Part shown: piece by piece, positions 55,005 through 64,000 of the stretch
Layout of the letters: every line of letters starts with the position of its first letter
Numbering within the stretch: position 1 is the stretch's first letter
NCBI GenBank assembly: GCA_017620395.1
Contig: JAFZQJ010000022.1
Coordinates: 72,977-136,976, forward strand
Direction of reading: 5' to 3'
From: Clostridia bacterium
Lineage (GTDB): Bacteria; Bacillota; Clostridia; Oscillospirales; RGIG8002
DNA length: 64,000 nt
Made by a program: the position numbers and the translations under genes
Notes under the pieces: model-generated
Told to the model about the DNA's origin: nothing
What the model saw: the letters and a program-made list of their open reading frames with translations, nothing else
The model's database searches: none

Positions 55005-56846
55005 TCACCCGCCTATGATCTCCTTCAGAGAAGCCGCCATGCCGGCGCGGTCGAGGCCGAGCGCGGCGAGCGCTTCTTTCACGGTGGAATGCGGAACGAA
55101 TGCGTCGTCGACGGCGCGGATGACGAACTCTCCGTTCCAGCCCGCCGCGGACAGCTTCGCCAGCGTCTGTTCGGCGACGCCGCCGGTCTTTATTCCCTCT
55201 TCAAAGAAGACGATCCTGTCGTATTTCATAATACTGTCGGGAAGCTCGAGCGGCTTGATCCTGTTGAGCTTGAGCGTCGATACGGGGAGATTCTCGGAAT
55301 CGATTGCGGCGCGCAGCTCTGAGTAAAGGCGCCCGTAGGTCACGGCGAGCACGCTCCCACGCTCCTCGTATTCATAAGGCGCACCGGTATAGGAATACCC
55401 CGCCGGTCTGACGCCTTCGCCGCCGCGCGGATAGCGGACGGCGGAGGGCGCGTCGAGCGCGAGCGCTTCGCCGAGCATCGCAGTGAGTTCATCGCGGAAC
55501 GCGGGCGCGTAGACGGTCATTTCGGGGATGCCCGTCAGATACGCGGCGTCGAAAAGTCCTTGGTGTGTTTCGCCGTCCTCGCCGACGACTCCGGCTCTGT
55601 CGACGGCGAACACTACCGGCAGCTTCTGGAACGCGGCCTCGATCAGAAGCTGATCGTAGGCGCGCTGCAGGAACGCGGAGTACACCGCGAAGACCGGCTT
55701 CATGCCACGGGCAGCAAGCCCGCAGCAGAAGGAAACGCCGTGTTCCTCCGCTATGCCGACGTCGAAAAACCTGTCGGGGAACTTCTCCTTGAAGGGCTTG
55801 AGCCCCGTTCCCGCGGTCATGGCGGCGGTAACGGCGCAGACGCGGCCGTCCGCTTCCGCGAGCGCGGTCAGCGCTTCGCCGAACGCCGCGGAGAAGGTCT
55901 CGCCCGTTCCCTCGGCGACCTTGCCGGTGTCGACGTCAAAGCCGGAGACTCCGTGGAAGCCCTCCGGCTCGGAGGCGGCGGGCTCGTAGCCCCTGCCCTT
56001 GACTGTCGTGACGTGGACGAGAACCGGTTTGTTCATGCGATAGGCGCGTTTCAGCACCGCGACGGTGTCTTCGATATTATGGCCGTCGATGGGACCGAGG
56101 TAGTCGACGCCGAGGCTCTCGAACATGGTGTTAGGCAGCAGCATCGCCCTCAAGATCCGCTTTATCCAGTTTAGGAACGCCAGGAACGGTCTGCCGAATA
56201 TTCCCAGCGCCTTGAAGAAACGCTCGACGCGCTTCTTCGTGTTGTAATACGACATCCTCGTGCGCGTGCGAAGGAGATATCGCGCGAAGGCGCCGTGGTT
56301 TTTCGCTATCGAACGGCCGTTGTCGTTGAGGATGATGATGAGATTCTTTTTCGTGTTGCCGATGTTGTTGAGCGCCTCGAAAACCATCCCGTTTGAGAAG
56401 GACGCGTCGCCGATGACGACGACGGACTTCGCGTCGCTGCCGTTCAGCGCGTCTGCCGACGCCATGCCGAAGGCGGCGGAAACGCCGCTGCCGCTGTGTC
56501 CGGTCGCGTAGGCGTCGTATTCGCTCTCGCGCGGCTTCGGGAAGCCGGAAAGACCGTCCTTTTTGCGCAGCGTGGCGAAACTTTCGGCTCTGCCGGTCAG
56601 TATCTTGTACGCGTAGCTCTGGTGGCCGACGTCCCAAACGACGTGGTCTTTCGACAGATCGAGGACGTTGAGCAGCGCGACGGTCAGCTCCACACAGCCG
56701 AGGCTCGACGCGAGGTGTCCGCCGTTTTTGGAAACGGTCGCGATTATCTCTTCGCGCACCGCGTCCGCGAGAGCGGTCAGCTCCTCCGGCTTCATATCGC
56801 GCACCGCCTTCGGCATATTCAGTTTTGCAATGTCCGAAAGCTGCAT
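55005..56846 (-). CDS. dxs: 1-deoxy-D-xylulose-5-phosphate synthase
   Basis: GGHLASSLG, WDVGHQSY, GDAS..NGM (ThDP motif), and a transketolase-like C-terminus. Confidence 0.95.
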   Translation of the reverse strand: MQLSDIAKLNMPKAVRDMKPEELTALADAVREEIIATVSKNGGHLASSLGCVELTVALLNVLDLSKDHVVWDVGHQSYAYKILTGRAESFATLRKKDGLSGFPKPRESEYDAYATGHSGSGVSAAFGMASADALNGSDAKSVVVIGDASFSNGMVFEALNNIGNTKKNLIIILNDNGRSIAKNHGAFARYLLRTRTRMSYYNTKKRVERFFKALGIFGRPFLAFLNWIKRILRAMLLPNTMFESLGVDYLGPIDGHNIEDTVAVLKRAYRMNKPVLVHVTTVKGRGYEPAASEPEGFHGVSGFDVDTGKVAEGTGETFSAAFGEALTALAEADGRVCAVTAAMTAGTGLKPFKEKFPDRFFDVGIAEEHGVSFCCGLAARGMKPVFAVYSAFLQRAYDQLLIEAAFQKLPVVFAVDRAGVVGEDGETHQGLFDAAYLTGIPEMTVYAPAFRDELTAMLGEALALDAPSAVRYPRGGEGVRPAGYSYTGAPYEYEERGSVLAVTYGRLYSELRAAIDSENLPVSTLKLNRIKPLELPDSIMKYDRIVFFEEGIKTGGVAEQTLAKLSAAGWNGEFVIRAVDDAFVPHSTVKEALAALGLDRAGMAASLKEIIGG

Positions 56847-56854
56847 TTTTCGTC

Positions 56855-57661
56855 CTATCTGTTTCTGTGAAGTAATTTGTCGGTGAGCGTCATAAGGAAA
56901 TCGTTGTTCCCGAAGCCCGCGAGCGCGTCTTCGGCTTTTTGAGTGTATTCAGCCGCGAGTTTTTCCGCGGCGGCTCTTCCTGCGGCCGCGATGAGCAGAC
57001 TCTGCTCGCCTTCCGCGTCGAGAAGGTCGTCGCGGAGCTGGAACGCAAGCCCCAGATTCAGCGCGAAGGCGCGGAGCTTATCGAGCGTTTCGCCTTCCGC
57101 TCCGGCGGCTATGCCTCCGCAGACGGCGGCGGCGACCAGCAGCGCGCCCGTCTTGCGGGCGTAGATTTCAAGTATATTGTCAACCGTAATATCGGCATCT
57201 ATGTTGACGAATTCATCCGCCTGCCCGAGCGCCATTTCGTAGGCGCAGTCAGAGATAACGAGCACCGCTTCCGCGCTGCCGCCCTCCGAAGCGACGGAAA
57301 ACGCCTTCGTCAGCAGGCCGTCTCCGGCAAGCAGCGCGAGCGCCTCTCCAAAGGCGACGTGGCAGGACGGTCTGCCCCTGCGTTCGTCGTCGTCGTCCAT
57401 GCACGGCAGGTCGTCGTGGATCAGCGAATAGGTGTGGATAAGCTCGATCGCGGCGGCGTAAGGCAGCGCCTTTTCCGGTTCGCCGCAGAGCATATCGCAG
57501 ACCGCAAGCGCAAGCGCGGGACGCACACGCTTGCCGTCCGAGAATAGCGTGTAGCCCATCGCTTCCTCAAGCGCCGAGCCGGAGCCGGCGCAGGCGCGCA
57601 GACGCGCCTCCGCTATGGAGACGTACTCGGCGTATTTTTCGCTGAAAGTCGCGTCATTCAT
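56855..57661 (-). CDS. ispA: Polyprenyl (farnesyl/geranylgeranyl) diphosphate synthase
   Basis: First Asp-rich motif LIHDDLPCMDDDDERRG and second motif FQLRDDLLD. Confidence 0.9.
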   Translation of the reverse strand: MNDATFSEKYAEYVSIAEARLRACAGSGSALEEAMGYTLFSDGKRVRPALALAVCDMLCGEPEKALPYAAAIELIHTYSLIHDDLPCMDDDDERRGRPSCHVAFGEALALLAGDGLLTKAFSVASEGGSAEAVLVISDCAYEMALGQADEFVNIDADITVDNILEIYARKTGALLVAAAVCGGIAAGAEGETLDKLRAFALNLGLAFQLRDDLLDAEGEQSLLIAAAGRAAAEKLAAEYTQKAEDALAGFGNNDFLMTLTDKLLHRNR

Positions 57662-57878
57662 TGGCGGTGAAGTCCTCTTTTTTCATGCCGTCGCCGTCCT
57701 TGACGAGCAGCTTTATCTGCTTCTCGGCGGCGTTGAGTTTCGCGGTGCAGACCTCGGTCAGCTTCACGCCTTTTTCAAAGAGCGCAAGCGCCTCGTCCAG
57801 CGGGATATCGCCGTTTTCAAGCGATCTGACGATATCGTCAAGCTGCTTTATCGCGGTTTCAAAACTGATGTCGCTCAT
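57654..57878 (-). CDS. xseB: Exodeoxyribonuclease VII small subunit
   Basis: 74 aa with FETAIKQLDDIVRSLENGDIPLDEALALFEKG, typical of XseB. It overlaps xseA. Confidence 0.9.
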   Translation of the reverse strand: MSDISFETAIKQLDDIVRSLENGDIPLDEALALFEKGVKLTEVCTAKLNAAEKQIKLLVKDGDGMKKEDFTANE

Positions 57879-59110
57879 ATCTTTTCTCCTCCGGAAATAA
57901 TATCCTTTTCAACTACCGTCTCTACTCGGCAGCCGGCGCTGCCGTCCCTGAGAAGCACTGTGATCGCGTCACCCGCGGAAAGCTCCTTCGCCGAGCGGAG
58001 GGGTCTGCCCTCTTTCTCGGATATTGAGTAGCCGCGCGCGAGCACGTTCAGCGGGCTCATCGCATTGAGCGACGCGGCCGCTTCAGAAAGGCGCTTGCGC
58101 GCCTGCTCCGTGCGGAGCTTCATAGCCGACGCGAACGCCTTGACGGCGTAGTCGAGATTCATGCGGCGCTGATCGACCTGATACATCGGGCTCTCCATGC
58201 AGCGGCGGGACTTCAACTCGTTAAGCCGCTTGCGGCAGAGCTCGACGCGCTTGCCCATCGCCGCGCACATGCGCTTTTCGCAGCCGTCGAACCACGTCAG
58301 CATATCGGCGGCGTTCGGCACGGCAAGCTCGGCGGCCGCCGAAGGCGTCGGCGCGCGCAGGTCCGCGACGAAGTCGGCGATCGTGAAGTCGGTCTCGTGC
58401 CCGACGGCCGAAATTACCGGCGTGTCGCTCGCAGCGATCGCGTAGGCGAGCTCCTTTGAGTTGAACGCCCAGAGGTCTTCTATCGAGCCTCCGCCGCGCC
58501 CGATGATGATGACGTCGACGGGCTCCGCGCCGGAGTTGAAGTATTCGATGCCGCGTATGATCGTCGGCGGCGCGTCCTCGCCCTGCACCAGCGCGGGGTA
58601 AAGTATGATTTCGGCGAGCGGATACCGCCTGCCGAGGATGTTTATCATGTCGCGGATCGCCGCACCCGTCGGCGAGGTCACTATGCCGATCTTGTTCGGC
58701 AGGCGCGGGAGTTTCTTCTTTTTCGCCTCGTCGAAAAGTCCCGCCTGCCGCAGTTCTTCCTTAAGCTGCTCGTAGGCGATATTCAGCGCGCCGAAGCCGT
58801 CCGGGATCATATCGTCGATATAGAGCTGATACGCCCCGTCGCGTTCGAAGACGCTGACGCGCCCGTGGACTACGACCTTCATGCCGCTCTGCGGCTCAAA
58901 GGTCAGCTTGTCGGCGCTGCCCTTAAACATGACCGTCTTGATCAGCGAGTTCTCGTCCTTGAGCGTCATATACATATGTCCGCTGCGGTGGTGGATGAAG
59001 TTGGAAAGCTCGCCGCGCACCCAGACGGAATTGAGTATATCCTCCGCGTCGATTATCTGCTTTACGTACTTATTCAGCGCGGAAACGGTTATGATATTGC
59101 GTTCGGGCAT
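57875..59110 (-). CDS. xseA: Exodeoxyribonuclease VII large subunit
   Basis: OB-fold N-terminus (VWVRGELSNF..HRSGHMYMTLKD) and the catalytic region IGRGGGSIEDLWAFN. Confidence 0.95.
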   Translation of the reverse strand: MPERNIITVSALNKYVKQIIDAEDILNSVWVRGELSNFIHHRSGHMYMTLKDENSLIKTVMFKGSADKLTFEPQSGMKVVVHGRVSVFERDGAYQLYIDDMIPDGFGALNIAYEQLKEELRQAGLFDEAKKKKLPRLPNKIGIVTSPTGAAIRDMINILGRRYPLAEIILYPALVQGEDAPPTIIRGIEYFNSGAEPVDVIIIGRGGGSIEDLWAFNSKELAYAIAASDTPVISAVGHETDFTIADFVADLRAPTPSAAAELAVPNAADMLTWFDGCEKRMCAAMGKRVELCRKRLNELKSRRCMESPMYQVDQRRMNLDYAVKAFASAMKLRTEQARKRLSEAAASLNAMSPLNVLARGYSISEKEGRPLRSAKELSAGDAITVLLRDGSAGCRVETVVEKDIISGGEKI

Positions 59111-59114
59111 CGCT

Positions 59115-60062
59115 TCACTCCCCTTTCAGACCGCACAGCGCGGCGGCGAGAAACGCCGTTCCGGCGGCGTTATCCGACGAAAACTCCGGCTTGGTGAAGA
59201 TCGCGTTCTCCACCCGCGCGGAGACGTAATTCCTGATATATTCGCTCGACATTACCCCGCCCGCGAAAAGTACCGGCACGCCGCCGCGCTCTTCGCGCAG
59301 CCGCGCCGAAACGCGCACGAGCATCTCCGCGACGTAGCCGAAGCAGTATGCCGCTACGTATTCGGGCGCCGCGCCTTCGTCGAGCAGACGGGCGCAGACG
59401 TTCTCGACGCCGGAAAGACAGCAGTCGCTGCCCTTCAGCACAGGCTTCGCGGAAACGTCGCCGGCGTGCGCGAGCGCGAGCTTATCCATTTCGGCGCCCG
59501 CGGGGAAGCCGAAGCCGAGCCGCACGCCTATCCTGTCGATGAGCTGGCCCGCGCTGATATCGAGCGTTTTTGAAACTATATCCACGGAGACGCCGCCGCG
59601 TGAGCTCTTGACGAAAAGCCCCTCGGTCGTGCCTCCGGAAACGTGAAACGAGATGAAGTCGGACGCGAGCAGGTCTACCCTGCCGGCTCCGTAAAGCGCG
59701 GCGGCGATGTGCCCCGCCTGATGCGAAAGTTCCTTCAGCGGCGCGCCGTGGCTCGCGGCGATGCCGTGAGCAAAGGTCCTGCCGACGAGGAAGCACGGCA
59801 TATACGAGCCCTCCGCGTCGCGCGGACGCGTCGAAACGCCGACTCCCGCGAGCTCCGCGCCTTCCGGCAGGCGCGAGAAGAGCTTTTCCGCGACCTCCGG
59901 CAGCTGCTTTACGTGCAGGAATACCGCGTCGTTCTGACGCAACCCCTTTTCGCCGGCGGCGACGGGCAGCAGCTTCTTTTCGCTTATCATAACGCCGTCC
60001 TCAAGGTATGCCGCGGCGGAGGTGGTGTAGTTGCTCGTGTCTATTCCGAGATAGTATTTCAT
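59115..60062 (-). CDS. Kae1/TsaD-like ASKHA-fold protein (peptidase M22 / glycoprotease family paralogue)
   Basis: MKYYLGIDTSNYTTS start, an HQAGH (HxxxH) metal-site-like motif, and FAGGVMSS near the C-terminus. Its exact role is unclear. Confidence 0.55.
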   Translation of the reverse strand: MKYYLGIDTSNYTTSAAAYLEDGVMISEKKLLPVAAGEKGLRQNDAVFLHVKQLPEVAEKLFSRLPEGAELAGVGVSTRPRDAEGSYMPCFLVGRTFAHGIAASHGAPLKELSHQAGHIAAALYGAGRVDLLASDFISFHVSGGTTEGLFVKSSRGGVSVDIVSKTLDISAGQLIDRIGVRLGFGFPAGAEMDKLALAHAGDVSAKPVLKGSDCCLSGVENVCARLLDEGAAPEYVAAYCFGYVAEMLVRVSARLREERGGVPVLFAGGVMSSEYIRNYVSARVENAIFTKPEFSSDNAAGTAFLAAALCGLKGE

Positions 60063-60505
60063 TCTTCCGCTTTCTCTTCTTCCGACTCTTCAGACTTCGC
60101 GTCCGCAGCCTTCGGAGGCAGTTCGCGCACTATAGAGCCGAGTATGCCGTTGACGAAGGCGGAGCACTCCGTGCCCTCGTACTGCTTGGCGAGCTCGACC
60201 GCCTCGTTGACGGTGACGCTCGTCGGAACGTCGTCCGCGCAGAGAAGCTCGCAGACTGCGAGGCGAAGCGCCGCTACCGTCACGGACGACATACGCTGCA
60301 CCGTCCAGCCGACGGCGTATTTCTCTATCAGCGCGTCGATCTCGGCGCGTCTGTTTTCGCAGGCGACGAGCATAGCGACGGAGTGGTCGTCAAGTTCCTG
60401 CTCTTCGCCGCGGCGCACAGCGAGGATATCCTCCGCCGTGTGCTTGCCGAAGCCGTATTCGAATATCATTTCAAACGCCGTGCGGCGCGCTTTCGTTCTG
60501 CTCAT
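60059..60505 (-). CDS. nusB: Transcription antitermination factor NusB
   Basis: Size and the motifs ARRTAFEMIFE and VTVNEAVELAK.Y. It carries an acidic C-terminal tail. Confidence 0.85.
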   Translation of the reverse strand: MSRTKARRTAFEMIFEYGFGKHTAEDILAVRRGEEQELDDHSVAMLVACENRRAEIDALIEKYAVGWTVQRMSSVTVAALRLAVCELLCADDVPTSVTVNEAVELAKQYEGTECSAFVNGILGSIVRELPPKAADAKSEESEEEKAEE

Positions 60506-60630
60506 ACGTATTCTCCCTTTTTACCTGATAGCTGCATATATACATATTAGATTATACACTATCCGTCTGCAAAAAGGAATACTTTTTCTCAAAAAATGTA
60601 TATTTTTTATTTATAAAACAGAGCCGACGC

Positions 60631-60660
60631 AAAAACCGCGCCCGTGAGGGCGCGGTTTTT
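60631..60660 (-). terminator. Intrinsic terminator downstream of jag
   Basis: AAAAACCGCGCCC (60631-60643) pairs with GGGCGCGGTTTTT (60648-60660). U-runs are available on both strands. Confidence 0.8.
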
Positions 60661-60717
60661 AAGTTTCTGCATAATTGCGCGGGTGATCAGATCGCCTCTA
60701 TGGAGCGGCTTCGACGC

Positions 60718-61527
60718 TTATCTCTTCAGCGCGATGACGACGCGGCGGGCGCTGCCTTCGCCTTTGGAGTAGGACTCGAGGCCGTCGATCTCCTGGATGA
60801 CCATGTGCACGATGCGTCTCTCATTCGGGCTCATCGGCTCGAGGGTCAGGCTTCTGCCGGTCTTGCGGACGCGCTCGGCGTACTTCTTCGCGAGGCGTTC
60901 GAGCGTCTCTTCCCTGCGGGCGCGGTAGCTGCCCGTGTCGATGTAGACGCGCATATGCTTCTCGCCGCTCTTGGCGGAGACGATGCCGGTCAAGTACTGC
61001 AGCGCGTCGAGCGTTTCGCCGCGGCGGCCGATGATGGAGTTGATGTCGTCGCCCTCGATGTTGATGCGGACGCCGTCTTCGGTCTGTTCGCTCTTGATCT
61101 CAACAGGCTTGGAGGATATGTAGGGAAGGATCTTCGCGAGGAAGGCCTCCGCCCTCTCCTGCTTGCTGCCGGCGGGCGCGTCGCTCTTCACGGGCGCGGG
61201 CGCGGGCGCGGACTCTTCGGGAGCCGCTTCGGCGGCTTCCTCTTTGCGCTCTCTGCGGGAGAGCTTCTTCTCTTTCTTCTCCGGCGCGGGCTCCTCGATA
61301 ACGGGAGCAGCCGCCGGCGCTTCTTCGGCTTCGACTTCTTCGGGTCTGCCGTCGTCGTAGAACGCGACGACCTCGGCGTTAGTGCCGCCCATAAAGCCCA
61401 GCACCTTCTTGGTGGGTGCGGTGATGACCTCTACTTCAACGTCGTCTCTGTCCCTGCCCAGTTTTTCGCAGGCGGCGCGGATGGCGTCATCTATGGTCTT
61501 ACCGGTCCCGGTAGCTTCGATTCTCAT
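60718..61527 (-). CDS. jag: Jag/KhpB RNA-binding protein (Jag_N, KH and R3H domains)
   Basis: The N-terminus GKTIDDAIRAACEKLG, the KH-like block IIGRRGETLDALQYL, and the C-terminal R3H block (MSPNERRIVH) are all present. It lies downstream of yidC. Confidence 0.9.
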   Translation of the reverse strand: MRIEATGTGKTIDDAIRAACEKLGRDRDDVEVEVITAPTKKVLGFMGGTNAEVVAFYDDGRPEEVEAEEAPAAAPVIEEPAPEKKEKKLSRRERKEEAAEAAPEESAPAPAPVKSDAPAGSKQERAEAFLAKILPYISSKPVEIKSEQTEDGVRINIEGDDINSIIGRRGETLDALQYLTGIVSAKSGEKHMRVYIDTGSYRARREETLERLAKKYAERVRKTGRSLTLEPMSPNERRIVHMVIQEIDGLESYSKGEGSARRVVIALKR

Positions 61528-61579
61528 TGTTAATACTCCGTTCCGCCGTCATCGGACGGCAATTATCACGTCGCGGAAA

Positions 61580-62578
61580 TCACCGTCTCCACTCTTCCTC
61601 TTCCCTGCGGCGGGCTTCGGCGAGTTTGCGCTTGGCTTCTTCCTTGAGTTCCTTCGCGCTCTTGGGGCCGACCTCCTCGACGGTATAGTCTTCGTTTTTG
61701 ATAAGGATGTTAGCTTCTTCTCTCGTTATCGCTTCGCCCTTTTTGGCCTTCTTTTTGGCGCGGATACGCATCACGCGCTCGACGGTGTAGTACCTGCCGA
61801 GGATGATGGTCTGGACGGTGAGGACGACGTTGGATACGCACCAATAGAAAACGAGCGCGGACGGTACGGAAAAGCCGATGACTACCGAAAAGATAGGCAT
61901 GAACAGCATCATTCCCATACCGGGCTGCTTCTCGCCGCCGGCGTTACGCTGGTTGATCTTCATCGTGATCAGCTGCATCAGTAGCGCGGTGAGACCGGAA
62001 AGCAGCGGGAAAAGCCAGTAAACCGAAATCTGCCCGAAGGACGCGGTCTGCGTCAGGTCGAGCCCGAAAAGCTTCAGGTTCAGCGGCAGGCCGAAGAGCG
62101 AGTCGCCGGAGATCTTCGCGAAGTCGGCGGCGTTCCAGCTCGCCTGCGGAAGGCCGGCGTAGTACATATCGAGCGTGCTGACGCCTTCGACCGCAGGAAG
62201 CGCGTTGATAAGGTCGTTCGCGACGCCGGCGATGTAGTGCAGCGGGTAGCGGATGACTTCGTAAAGTCCGATGAATATCGGCAGCTGGATCAGCGCGGTG
62301 AGACAGCCGGAATAAGGCGAATAGCCTTCGGACTGATAGAGCGCGTTGATCTCTTCCCTCGCCTTCATCGGATCGCTCTTGTACTTCTGGCGTATTTTGT
62401 TTTCAAACGGGCGCATCCTCGCCATCATGGTCTGGCTCTTCTGCTGCTTTATCGAAAGCGGCAGGAGCAGCAGGCGGATAATGATGGTAAAGAAGATAAT
62501 AGAAAGGGCGTAGTTACTGAATATATAATACAGCCCTCTCATCAGATACCCGAAGGGTATCGCAATGATACTAAACAC
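61580..62578 (-). CDS. yidC: YidC/Oxa1-family membrane protein insertase (SpoIIIJ-like)
   Basis: Polytopic protein with LLPLSIKQQKS..M....P and GCLP-like SGCLTALIQLPIF blocks. It has a basic C-terminal tail. It sits in the conserved rnpA-yidD-yidC-jag cluster. Confidence 0.9.
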   Translation of the reverse strand: MFSIIAIPFGYLMRGLYYIFSNYALSIIFFTIIIRLLLLPLSIKQQKSQTMMARMRPFENKIRQKYKSDPMKAREEINALYQSEGYSPYSGCLTALIQLPIFIGLYEVIRYPLHYIAGVANDLINALPAVEGVSTLDMYYAGLPQASWNAADFAKISGDSLFGLPLNLKLFGLDLTQTASFGQISVYWLFPLLSGLTALLMQLITMKINQRNAGGEKQPGMGMMLFMPIFSVVIGFSVPSALVFYWCVSNVVLTVQTIILGRYYTVERVMRIRAKKKAKKGEAITREEANILIKNEDYTVEEVGPKSAKELKEEAKRKLAEARRREEEEWRR

Positions 62579-62599
62579 TTGTGTTCCTCCTGCGTACCG

Positions 62600-62812
62600 T
62601 TACGGTACGGGGTCGTAGTATTTCTTCGAAAACGGGTTGCAGCGGAGAAGCCGCTTGAACGCGAGCCATCCGCCCTTCAGCGCGCCGTATTTCGTTATCG
62701 CCTCGTATGCGTAGGCGGAACAGGTCGGGTAAAACCTGCAGTGCGGCTGCGTGTGCGGTGAGATATGCTTTTGATAAAACTTTATCAGCGCGAGAAAACA
62801 GCGTTTCATCAT
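62600..62812 (-). CDS. yidD: Membrane protein insertion efficiency factor YidD
   Basis: 70 aa with YQK.ISP......[16 protein letters not shown], the typical YidD pattern. Confidence 0.9.
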   Translation of the reverse strand: MMKRCFLALIKFYQKHISPHTQPHCRFYPTCSAYAYEAITKYGALKGGWLAFKRLLRCNPFSKKYYDPVP

Positions 62813-63138
62813 TTCAACCCCAGGCGCTCAACGAGCTCGCAGATAGCTTCCCCGACTTCGCCCGACTTCATACGCGGCGTTCTGCCGCGGGCGACGAAAA
62901 CGAAGTCGTAACCCTGCGGCAGGCGGTGTTCCACCGACCGGTAGCCTTCTCTGATGACGCGGCGCGCGCGTGTGCGGGTAACGGCGTTCCCGATTTTCAC
63001 GGAAACGGTTATGCCGATGCGGTTACGGTCCGTGCGGTTTTTCTTCGCATAGACCGCAACCGCGTTATCCGACGCGCTTTTGCCGCGATAATACAGTCTG
63101 CGGAACTCCGCGTTCTGCTTCAGAGTCAAAAGCTTCAT
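62809..63138 (-). CDS. rnpA: Ribonuclease P protein component
   Basis: 109-aa basic protein with an RNR-like motif ([24 protein letters not shown]), directly downstream of rpmH. Confidence 0.9.
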   Translation of the reverse strand: MKLLTLKQNAEFRRLYYRGKSASDNAVAVYAKKNRTDRNRIGITVSVKIGNAVTRTRARRVIREGYRSVEHRLPQGYDFVFVARGRTPRMKSGEVGEAICELVERLGLK

Positions 63139-63145
63139 TGATAAA

Positions 63146-63280
63146 TCAGTAGCTCAGTCTGGCTCTGCCCTTCGCTCTGCGGCGGGCAAGGACCTTTCTG
63201 CCGTTCTTGGTGGCCATTCTCTTGCGGAAGCCGTGCTCCTTCTGGCGCTGCAGCTTCTTGGGCTGGTACGTTCTGATCAT
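63146..63280 (-). CDS. rpmH: 50S ribosomal protein L34 (not in the ORF track)
   Basis: Manual translation of the minus strand gives [44 protein letters not shown] (44 aa), the canonical L34 sequence pattern. Confidence 0.95.
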   Translation of the reverse strand: MIRTYQPKKLQRQKEHGFRKRMATKNGRKVLARRRAKGRARLSY

Positions 63281-63346
63281 AATTTACACCTCCGTGTCTA
63301 ACTGTTTCTTTTCTTTATGAAATGCCTTGCGGCAATATCAGCGGGA

Positions 63347-64000
63347 TTACTCCTCGTTCTCCTTCGCGGCGGCGTCGATGACCTTCTGCGCCTCGTTGGC
63401 GGGAGCTTCGTCGTAGCGCTCGAACTTCTGCTCGAACCAGCCCTTGCCCTGAGTGAGGGAACGCAGGAAGATCGCGTAGTCGCTCATCTCGGCCATCGGG
63501 ACTTCGGCTTCGACGATCTGCATGCCCTTCTCTTCGGCGGGGTTCATGCCGAGGATCCTGCCGCGGCGCTTGCTGACGTCGCCCATGACGTCGCCCATCA
63601 TGTCGCTCGGAACGACGACCTTGAGATTCGCGATGGGCTCGAGCAGGACCGGAGACGCCTTCGCCATACCCTCTTTGTAAGCGAGGTTAGCGGCGATCTT
63701 GAACGCCATTTCGGAAGAGTCGACGGGATGGTAGGAGCCATCGTACAGGGTGGCCTTCAGGCCGACGACCGGGTAGCCGGCGAGTACGCCCTTGGTCACG
63801 CTGTCGCGCAGGCCCTTCTCGACCGCGGGGAAGAAGTTCTTCGGGACGGAGCCGCCGAATACTTCCTCTTCAAAGATCATTTCGTCGCCCTCGCAGGGCT
63901 CGAAGCGGATCCACACGTCGCCGAACTGGCCGTGGCCGCCGGACTGCTTCTTGTGTCTGCCCTGAACTTCGACCTTCTTGCGGATCTTCTCACGGTAAGG
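63347..64000 (-). CDS. fusA: Elongation factor G family GTPase, C-terminal part (the N-terminus lies outside the window)
   Basis: The frame stays open to position 64000 (PYREKIRKKVEVQGRHKKQSGGHGQFGDVWIRFEP...). Domain IV/V blocks are present: KQSGG.GQ.G.V, GYPVVGLKATLYDGSYHPVDSSEMAFKIA and PVLLEPI. I cannot tell whether this is the main fusA or a paralogue. Confidence 0.8.
   Translation of the reverse strand, partial: PYREKIRKKVEVQGRHKKQSGGHGQFGDVWIRFEPCEGDEMIFEEEVFGGSVPKNFFPAVEKGLRDSVTKGVLAGYPVVGLKATLYDGSYHPVDSSEMAFKIAANLAYKEGMAKASPVLLEPIANLKVVVPSDMMGDVMGDVSKRRGRILGMNPAEEKGMQIVEAEVPMAEMSDYAIFLRSLTQGKGWFEQKFERYDEAPANEAQKVIDAAAKENEE

Noticed and set aside
63281-63346. oriC next to rpmH.
   Set aside because: The gap is only 66 bp, has no DnaA-box-like 9-mers, and is followed by an EF-G gene rather than dnaA.

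Overview
This 64-kb window looks like chromosome from a high-GC, spore-forming Clostridia-type Firmicute. That assignment is an inference from a complete spoIIIAA-AH operon, a SpoVM-like micro-ORF, GGAGG ribosome-binding sites and dockerin-bearing secreted proteins. Most of the window is densely packed core genes. These include pssA/psd lipid genes, lysA-engB-lon-clpX-clpP-tig, a MetRS-like gene plus gltX, ligA, spoIIIA, tex, nfnAB, and rfbACBD with a GT2 and a transglutaminase-like lipoprotein. They also include recN-argR-nadK-dxs-ispA-xseBA-nusB and jag-yidC-yidD-rnpA-rpmH. I saw no rRNA, tRNA, CRISPR array, integrase or transposase. Many long ORFs in the track are antisense shadows of real genes, which is expected at this GC content.

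Three regions stand out:

- **Low-GC cassette (about 26.0-27.7 kb).** This two-gene cassette is bracketed by a duplicated 29-bp terminator hairpin and sits between spoVM and ligA. It encodes an orphan zinc-ribbon protein with a C-terminal membrane hairpin and a divergent XRE regulator. Back-to-back near-consensus promoters carry an 11-bp inverted-repeat operator. This is my best candidate for an undescribed system, possibly defence, abortive-infection or toxin-like.
- **Cobalamin-riboswitch operon (4.47-11.35 kb).** It encodes a tandem-DUF4430 protein with a dockerin, a transcobalamin-like protein split by a membrane hairpin, and an ECF transporter.
- **Sigma / membrane partner / dockerin-protein module (11.4-13.8 kb).**

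All functional calls rest on remembered family motifs and gene context. No database searches were run.
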